Assembly: GCF_000002075.1 (NCBI RefSeq) | Contig: NW_004797271.1 | Span: forward strand, 2,575,341 to 2,639,146 | Origin: Aplysia californica | Taxonomy: Eukaryota | DNA length: 63,806 nt | Reading direction: 5' to 3' | Shown here: positions 56,701 to 63,806 of the stretch, piece by piece | Position numbering within the stretch: the first letter of the stretch is position 1 | Layout: every line of letters starts with the position of its first letter | Made by a program: the position numbers and the translations under genes | The notes under the pieces: model-generated | Database searches by the model: none | What the model was told of the DNA's origin: nothing | Seen by the model: the letters and a program-made list of their open reading frames with translations, nothing else

Positions 56701-59700
56701 ATCCAACACTGGTCTGCCCGAACTCCCATCCTTGACCTCTGACATGGCTGAATGAGCTCCATCATCTTCTGACTTTTGATGGCCACCATAGCCATCAACA
56801 CTGCGACCCCTGTTTTCTTCCAAGACATTGGATTCCTTTCTATCTTCTCTCTCACCTGCCATAATAATATAATCTTGGGTCCAGTTAGATGTGGGTGTGT
56901 GCAAGTCTCTACTTCGTTTTCGTCTGTGTCCACGAGTCTTTGTTGATGAGTCTGAGCTCCCTCCCCCGTCTCCATCTTTCTTTGATGAATCTCGAGCTTC
57001 CTGCCCCCCCGATGAGGTCTTCTCACTTTGCCTTTCCCATCTATTACCCGATTTCAAAGCCTCATTAGTTGACATGCTATCAAGCTCTGACACAACTTTA
57101 CCACCTCCTGAAGCAATGGCCAATTCTGGTGTTGATTTGCTTTTTTCTGGATGAAGCTGATAATCTCTACTCCGCGTTCGCCTGTGACCTCGGCTTCCAC
57201 TGCTTGGGCTTCCATGTGCTTTCTCTTGAGAATCATCTTGCCCATAAGCTTTCCTAGCCAGAACCGACTCTGCAATTGCATTGACACTCTCTAAAAAAGA
57301 CTTAGCCTTATCAACTGTGAAGGTTTCTGACATGCTAGAAGACTGACTTGCTGCCTGTCTGTTTTGCTCAAGGTTTCCACAAGGTGGTGATACTTTGAAA
57401 GATGGACTTTCAGTTCCAGCCTTAGGGGAAATTCTGACTCTACTTTCAGTATCCATACCAGGGGAGGGAAAGGCGTTAGGGGAGCTCGCTTTTCCAGTTT
57501 CAATCATTACACTCCCAGAACCAAGTTCTCTTTTTCTAAGATGAAAGGTTGGAGACTCGCGTCTCCCTGAGCCAGAAGGTGGTGACTCTCGTTTCTTGCT
57601 GGGAGAATTTTTTTTGCCAGGGACAGTAACAACAGCAGTACCCCTGACTTCATCTTCAGCATGCTGTTGCTGTGGCTGCTGTTTATGTTCTGACAGCTTT
57701 CCTGGGCTTGGTGGGGGTACTGGGTTGTGTCTGGGTGCTTCCCCTGACGACAAATTTCTGTTTCTGTCTCTGACATGTAGAGGAGACTCAGGAAGTCTTC
57801 TGGAACCTTCTTTGCGCTGCCCACCGGAGGAAGTCGCATGAGCTAGCACTGGTTGGTCCTGTTGAGGCCCAGCTTGTTTGTGTGTGTCAAAAGCCCCTGC
57901 AGACGGGCTACTCTCCTTTGAGTTTGTCATGTCAGCTGGGCTTTCCCCCGAGAAGTCATAACCCTTCTGTAAGTCTTTGCTTCTGGTGCGCCGGTGAGTG
58001 TGGAGTTTTGGATGGGTCAAAATTGCAAAACGTCCTTCACTGGCTGAGTTGTTAGTGTTCTGACCCTCCAGACTCTCAGATTGTAGCTCTGCGAAGCTCT
58101 GTTGGTCTTCCTGATAGTGAGCCAAGGATCGTGAGTTCTTTTTTTTATCCCCAGGTCGAGGCGACTTGCGATATTTTTTGTGCTTACGTCTGACTTTCTC
58201 TGAGTTCTCGGCTGAGTCAATCTCCTTCTCACTGTCGTTGCAGCTATCACTGCCACTACTGGCAGAGTATTTCAGTCTCTCCTGTCCTTTGGCCAATTTA
58301 GCCATGATAATATTGGATTCGAAGGACTCTCCAAACCCAGACAAGGCCTTCACATAGAACCTGTGGAGGGAAGGGAAAGAATTGTAGTTTTCTGTACACA
58401 AGGCGATAACATGTCAGAAAATTCATTTTGTTTAACATCTGATATAATGTCAAGCACACATAAAACTAAGAGATTCTAAAAATTTAAATATATCAGGTCA
58501 ACAACAGTAGAAAATTAAACAGTAAAATATCAAAAACACAAAGAGTATAGGTTTACACTGAATATTGTAGTCTCAAGGATTTAATTTTGCAATTCAGAAA
58601 CTTTTTATTTAAAAGATCTCAACAGTAAACATTTTACAAATCTCCTTTCCATCATTACACTATGGGCACAATTATCATTCGAAGGGTTCATTTATTTCCT
58701 CTCTTATAAGTAATGAAATTAACTGACATTTTAAAAGAAAACACTCCACAAAACCAAATGCTTCACCAGGACCTTCATGTTTTCTGAACGTTTCGAATGA
58801 AATTCAGAAGAAAAAAAAAATTTACATCTGCCCCTGTGAGTAATAAACGATACAAAATTTTCATAATGAAAAAATGGTTAACATTATCATACTTATAAGT
58901 CGTTGATGGATTCAGTCCCTCAACTAAGGCTGAAGTTCTCTGGCATATGAAGGCTTTTAGCTGATCATTCACATAAATCCTGTATCCTGGGGAATAGATT
59001 CAAAGAATGATCTCAACAACTGTTATATTTTAAATGTTGACTGTGCCCTATGCTTGAGCATCAAAAATGCCAAACCATGTAACATCATTATACTTGCTTC
59101 TGGAAATGAAAAAAAAAATGTACCTCTTGACCTCATATTATATTCCACAATTACATGTGGGTTTTTTTTATGATACATCTAAAACTGTATTTATCTCATT
59201 TGACAAATTATATAATTTCATAGAACGATGTTTTCCAATAGTTTAAGACACTAGCAAAGGAGGGAGGTTAAAACCCTTTGAGTATGTAGCAGACACATAC
59301 ATGCGTCTGACTAGCGGCAGAGTAAGGGCAACATTTCGGGGTAACAGCCAACAGATACAAATCAGAAACACGAGTTTGCATTATAATTCAGAGTAAGCAC
59401 AAGTTAAGCAGGTTCTTTACGTGCGATGATCCAAGTAACTTACCACTACAACCCAGACACAAATAAAAAAAGATTATGGAAGGACAATAACTGGACAGGG
59501 TGAAAGACAGACAAACCAAACCACTGGCTCACCAATGATGTGGCGGTTTCCCTCCTCCTCCATATCTCGACCGGAACAGGAGGAAGGTTGCCATGACAAC
59601 ATGAGTGTGGAACGGTTCAAGTGTCGTAACTGCAGCTGCCTGGGTGGTGTGGGTGCACCCTGCACAGGAACCTGCAGGAAGTAGGACTCCTCCTCTTCCG

Positions 59701-59744
59701 ATGGGTAGGGGGAGAGGGAGTGAGGGATGCAACCTGGGAGAGAG

Positions 59745-59784
<40 letters not shown>

Positions 59785-59841
59785 TTTAAAAATGTATGTG
59801 TGTGTGCCTGTGCGTCTGCATGTGCGCATGCAACTGCGTGT

Positions 59842-59918
<77 letters not shown>

Positions 59919-62900
59919 AAATATATACTCGTAAATGAGGACTTCGACTAAAAATAACTAATCTTGAGAGCACTTTATGTGTGAGGTGATATGTGAACTC
60001 ACCCCAGTGACAGGCCTCGTCTGTACTGTGAGTGCCCTCTGGAGGGTGGTCGTGGAACGGGGTCACGGCGACAGTGTCAGACTGGTCTGAAGCCAGAAAA
60101 ACAGAGAGAATGATGTTTTGTGAGGGAGGTGAGCACTTTGTGCATCTTTCACAACCAGTGCACACTGAGAACCACATTCATTTGACTGAGTTGGGGCCAG
60201 CCAGATTTTCTTTCTCTGATGGGGTAAAAGCTACAGTTCTCTCTCTCTCTCTCTCTTCTGGCGCTGTGGCTTCATAAACGGTCAGCGATGCCGACAGCAC
60301 GCAAGAACTCAACACTCGCCCGGAGGTCCTTAAAAAGCTACAGTTCTGGCCTTGTTTGACCAAATTCAACTGTGACTTTCAAAGTCAAGAGTGTTTGTTT
60401 TTCAAAGTCGCAAGTTGAATTAGTTGTATTGTGCCGAAATGGAAACTTTGGCCCCTTCATAAAGGAAAATGTGGCTGGCCCCAACTCAATTTGATTGGCA
60501 CTGGGTATAAAAATGGTCTTGTTAAGTACAGTTCACTCTACAAGAACATTTCAAACGATCGCCAAACAATAGAATGGTCATAATTGAACAGAAAACTTTT
60601 TTTTACAGGCATCAACATTCCAAATAAAACAGTTCAATTTGTAAATGAGATAACAGACATTGAAGAGCATTGTACAAAAAAAAATCAGTGTGACCCGAAA
60701 TTTAAAAAATGATCTCAAAATCCAAGAATAGGCTCCCACAGTTCAACGCGAACTTCCTTGGCTACCAGGCTCATTTATTTTGAGCATATTAAACCCTCAG
60801 GAGACATTTGTATCATAAGATCATGTGAGGCAGATAATGTTACTAGTTATTCACATATTCCATCTCTAGAGATTACTTTGTACCCATTTGTAAGTGCGAG
60901 AATATCTTGGTCTCACTGGTAAAATAGAAGGCAAAAGTGTGAGCCTGCTCACGCAAGTTCTAGAAAATAGGGAAAAGTAATTTTCTACAGAATACGACAC
61001 TCTACCCACAAAAGCTATCCACTGTGAATACAATGCTTACTTCATATCATTCGGAGAGACAGAGCACCGATCTTCTCGCAAGAATAACTTACTCTGTGAC
61101 AAGGAGTGCCTCTAACTAATAATAATACATGTAGTTCATCTGTTAATGTCTGATGATGACCAATGCAACTGCAGAGGAGAATATTTTTTAAGTGAAATAG
61201 AAGAATTAAAGGTTAAGATGACTAGTGGCTTCTGTTATCGCCAATGAGGCCAATTCAACCGCATTCTTCTATCGCCTAAGGTAGGTTTGAGGGGAATAGA
61301 CGACAAAGAAAAGTGATAGATATTTTTCAGGCAGATATTTGACTTAACTCTCTCACTTAGATACAATGTATCTGATGGCAAGATGAAGACAAAATGATCA
61401 GATTGATATCTAAGTGCAGGAGGTTGTTAGAATAGAGAAAAGGTACTGACCTGTGAGATCAAAGTTAGCACCGTCAAGGCTGTTGGAGCGGAAAACTGCG
61501 GAGGAAACAGACTCCAAGGCTTCTTGTAACTGTGTCACCTGGAAACAATAAAAGTAGTTCTTATAGCCTGAGTCTGAGTAACTTTCGAACTAATCCATCA
61601 TGGCATTTCTGTACCAAACCAGTATGTGAAAAAACCCAATGTGAATGCACCAATAAAAAGTCAATGTAAAATAAAATCATTGTGAAAAAAAAAAAAGAGT
61701 CTATGAAGGCTTTCCTCATTTATTGAAAACAAAAATAACAGACTTAGGCCAAAAAGGCAAGACATTGCTAATACGTTCGGCCAGTGCAAACACACCTGAC
61801 TCTGTAGACCAGCACATGTCCGCTCAAGATCCTGTGTGCGGTTGAGTTCACTGTAGCCTGAGGTGGTTACCGCCTGTGACAAGGTGGATGCTGCGGTGGT
61901 GGTGGGGCTGAAACTTGTGGTAGTGTTTGCCCCACTGCTGTGACCACCAGTGCTGTTGAGGTCTTTTGTGGAGGACAGGTTCTGAGATTTGAGCACTTGT
62001 ACCTGGGAAAAAGGCCAGAGACAATAAACAACACCATTCCAGCCATTCTAAAGCCCCACTGTTACTATTCTCTAAGGCAGGGGTCATCAAATTGCCACCC
62101 AAAGGCCAGATCTGGCCTGCAACATCAGTTTGTCTGGTCTGCCGTCATCCCAACACGTGGGCTGAAATCATAATTTTTTCTTGTGTATTTAATCTGAATT
62201 GTTAAAAAATTTAATCAAAAACATAGTTAAGGATCTTCCAGGAGCCTATCAACAGTACATCTCCCTTATGAATGTCTAAGCACCACCAGTTCTCCCCCAT
62301 TTCTTCAGTTCTTCAGTCTCTATTGCTTCATCAGGGAGAATGACTTTCTGCTTTGAGTTGTGCCTGTAGAGCTATACAGTCAAACCTGCTCCGACCGCCA
62401 CCTATGTAAGACAATCATCTGTACAAATAGCCACTTCCACTTTTATTCTCCCTCACATTTTTTTTTTTACATTATAACGACATTGTAAGACGTACGCCAG
62501 TCTAAAATGGCCATTTTTGTCTTCGAAAAATGTGGCTATCTTAGACAATTTTGACTGTATTTCAAAACAAAAAACTTAACATTCTTCAAAGAAATCAGCA
62601 AAGCATTCTGTACCTCATGATAAAGAAGCCGAATGGCCTCCATTTGTAAAATGCGTAGTCGTTTTTCCTCTTCATACAGCTTTCGATTCCTGAAAAGATA
62701 ATAGAAAAAACAAGAATAGTACTTTGATATTTTCTTGTTCCACTTAACAGTACCCGCAAACATACACACATACAAAAAGACATTCTCTAAAGTAGAATAT
62801 CTTCTGAAATCTTAGTAGAATAATGTGGTCCATAACATGTTGATGCAAATGTTGTTCAAAAACAGCACAGACACCATGCTCACTAGCACATATACACACA

Positions 62901-63398
62901 CATAGGCACACACACACATATACAGGCAGTAGAATATTCTAATGGATCTTGCCCTTTTAGAATAAAGTGATATATAACCTGTTTTCATAAATGTTGCTCA
63001 AACAACACACATGCATACATTAATACATGCATGCAAATACACACATGCACATACTTGATCTATTAAGCTCAGTCATATCTGAGATGGGCTTTTAAAAATC
63101 AGCCTCTTAAGTAATTTTACAATCTTGAGACAAGTGTTTATATAATTCCATGGCTGGATGCAACACTTAAAACAAACGCCATTTTGCAATTTGAGGTTTC
63201 AAGCAAGCCACTGATTTCAACACAAGCACAAGCAAGCCCAAGAAGTAGCATACCTTTCCAGATCCTTCCTTAACAGCATGATGTGGTCTTCTGCCCTTCT
63301 GGCTCGGATTTCTTTCCGGATGGAAATGACCCTAGCGTTGTTCTCTCGAGCCCAGTAACCGCGCCAGAAGGACTGGATCAGCGTGGCTGCTTTATCAT
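49016..63398 (-). CDS. CEP97: Centrosomal protein 97-like, 3' portion (11 exons; the 5' LRR part is expected beyond the window end)
   Basis: Exons 63398-63254, 62689-62614, 62002-61796, 61538-61451, 60086-60003, 59733-59533, 58986-58893, 58360-55769, 55212-55020, 53420-53367 and 49225-49016 have consistent phases and GT-AG introns. The IQ motif AATLIQSFWRGYWAR followed by IRKEIRARRAEDHIMLL...EEEKRLRILQMEAIRLLYHEVQ resembles the CEP97 IQ/coiled-coil region. Confidence 0.85.
52817..53253 (+). mobile_element. Unclassified TIR MITE family, copy 3
   Basis: Same TIRs and internal GCAGCCATTTTCTTG / CAAGATAGATGG blocks. Confidence 0.75.
53367..53420 (-). CDS. CEP97: CEP97-like 54-nt exon (phase 0/0, potentially a cassette exon)
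   Basis: Acceptor CTCCCCAG|; DISPKADEQTVSQTQTHS; donor |GTAAGT. Confidence 0.65.
53470..54205. repeat. GA-rich tract (53470-53780) and CT-rich tract (53985-54205)
   Basis: Directly visible low-complexity tracts of complementary composition. Confidence 0.9.
54348..54522. mobile_element. Tc1/mariner-like MITE
   Basis: TIR CAGTCGAAC / GTTCGACTG; a related copy lies at 2796-2967. Confidence 0.7.
54567..54876 (+). mobile_element. Unclassified TIR MITE family, copy 4 (internally deleted)
   Basis: Same TIRs and internal blocks. Confidence 0.7.
55020..55212 (-). CDS. CEP97: CEP97-like exon
   Basis: Acceptor TTCCAG|; RTPSDH...SSVRRNQSFHGLLPSK...NE; donor |GTAAGT; open in the required phase. Confidence 0.8.
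55769..58360 (-). CDS. CEP97: CEP97-like giant exon (2592 nt): end of FN3 plus Ser/Arg-rich low-complexity region
   Basis: Corresponds to the 878-aa ORF; acceptor CCCTCCACAG|; begins FYVKALSGFGESFESN; donor AG|GTGAGT. Confidence 0.9.
58893..58986 (-). CDS. CEP97: CEP97-like exon: FN3-like core
   Basis: GYRIYVNDQL...VEGLNPSTTYK (FN3 LxPxTxY pattern). Confidence 0.85.
59533..59733 (-). CDS. CEP97: CEP97-like exon: start of FN3-like domain
   Basis: Acceptor CTCTCCCAG|; ...GAPTPPRQLQLRHLNRSTLMLSWQPS...; donor |GTGAGC. Confidence 0.82.
59745..59918. repeat. (AAT)n, (CA)n and (TA)n microsatellites
   Basis: Directly visible. Confidence 0.95.
60003..60086 (-). CDS. CEP97: CEP97-like exon
   Basis: Acceptor CTTCAG|; DQSDTVAVTPFHDHPP...CHW; donor |GTGAGT; phase 1/1. 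Confidence 0.72.
60153..60508. mobile_element. TIR MITE
   Basis: Inverted repeats TGAGTTGGGGCCAGCCA.ATTTTC / GAAAATGTGGCTGGCCCCAACTCA; the same right end also occurs at 13483-13542. Confidence 0.65.
61451..61538 (-). CDS. CEP97: CEP97-like exon
   Basis: Acceptor TTTCCAG|; VTQLQEALESVSSAVF...; donor |GTCAGT. Confidence 0.82.
61796..62002 (-). CDS. CEP97: CEP97-like exon
   Basis: Acceptor TTTTTCCCAG|; VQVLKSQ...LERTCAGLQSQ; donor |GTGTGT; 207 nt. Confidence 0.82.
62614..62689 (-). CDS. CEP97: CEP97-like exon: coiled coil
   Basis: Acceptor TTTTCAG|; NRKLYEEEKRLRILQMEAIRLLYHE; donor |GTACAG. Confidence 0.87.
63254..63398 (-). CDS. CEP97: CEP97-like exon: IQ motif
   Basis: DKAATLIQSFWRGYWARENN...KDLER; donor AG|GTATGC. 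Confidence 0.88.
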
Positions 63399-63806
63399 CT
63401 TCAAGAAGGGAAAAGAAAGGCTCCAAATGATTTTCTTTACACATGGGGACAAGAAAGAGATAGAGAGGAAGGGGAACATATCATATATTTCCTTGTCCCC
63501 ATGTGTGTGAGAGATCACTTACATAATGTATCATTGTATATTGTGAAACACTATGTGAAGGAACTGTAAAGAGCCTAGACATACACTGTATGGGAGTGGG
63601 CACTATGGAATGGATCTTCATTATTATCATTCTGGACTTGCGTCTCCTTACAGACAGTACTCTAGTCTTGTTTCAAAATTCTAATGGTAACTGATTTGAA
63701 CTTTTCTCAAGTATCTTGTTTGAGTAAAGAGAGAAACACATTGACACAAAAATGGTCATTTAGTACTGGAAAAAAGTAAGACAGTAAAAACAGAGAGAAA
63801 GTAAAG

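Noticed and set aside
55992-58357. Overlapping alternative-frame and antisense ORFs
   Set aside because: Shadow ORFs of the 2.6-kb coding exon, with no independent signals.

Overview
Eukaryotic, AT-rich, repeat-rich genomic window. It is probably from an invertebrate, plausibly a mollusc (inference only). It holds three spliced genes whose exon chains I rebuilt by hand with consistent phases. (1) Sorting nexin-3/12 on the minus strand: 4 coding exons, 161 aa, complete. (2) CCDC28 on the plus strand: 6 coding exons, 155 aa, complete, head-to-head with SNX3, with a U12-type last intron after a 23-nt micro-exon. (3) The 3' part of a CEP97-like gene on the minus strand: 11 exons encoding an IQ motif and coiled coil, then an FN3-like domain and a ~1000-aa Ser/Arg-rich tail. 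The rest is transposon-derived. It includes a decayed RTE LINE, tRNA-derived SINEs, TcMar-, piggyBac- and MULE-like MITEs, and microsatellites. The most notable items are: an internally deleted RTE derivative with a structured 5' motif (candidate self-cleaving ribozyme); many copies of a modular short retroposon family with target-site duplications (TSDs), a covarying 3' hairpin and no clear Pol III boxes; and MULE-like insertions, nested or adjacent, clustered at the divergent promoter. There are two 100-N assembly gaps. Most short ORFs in the supplied track are spurious. Coordinates were counted by eye.
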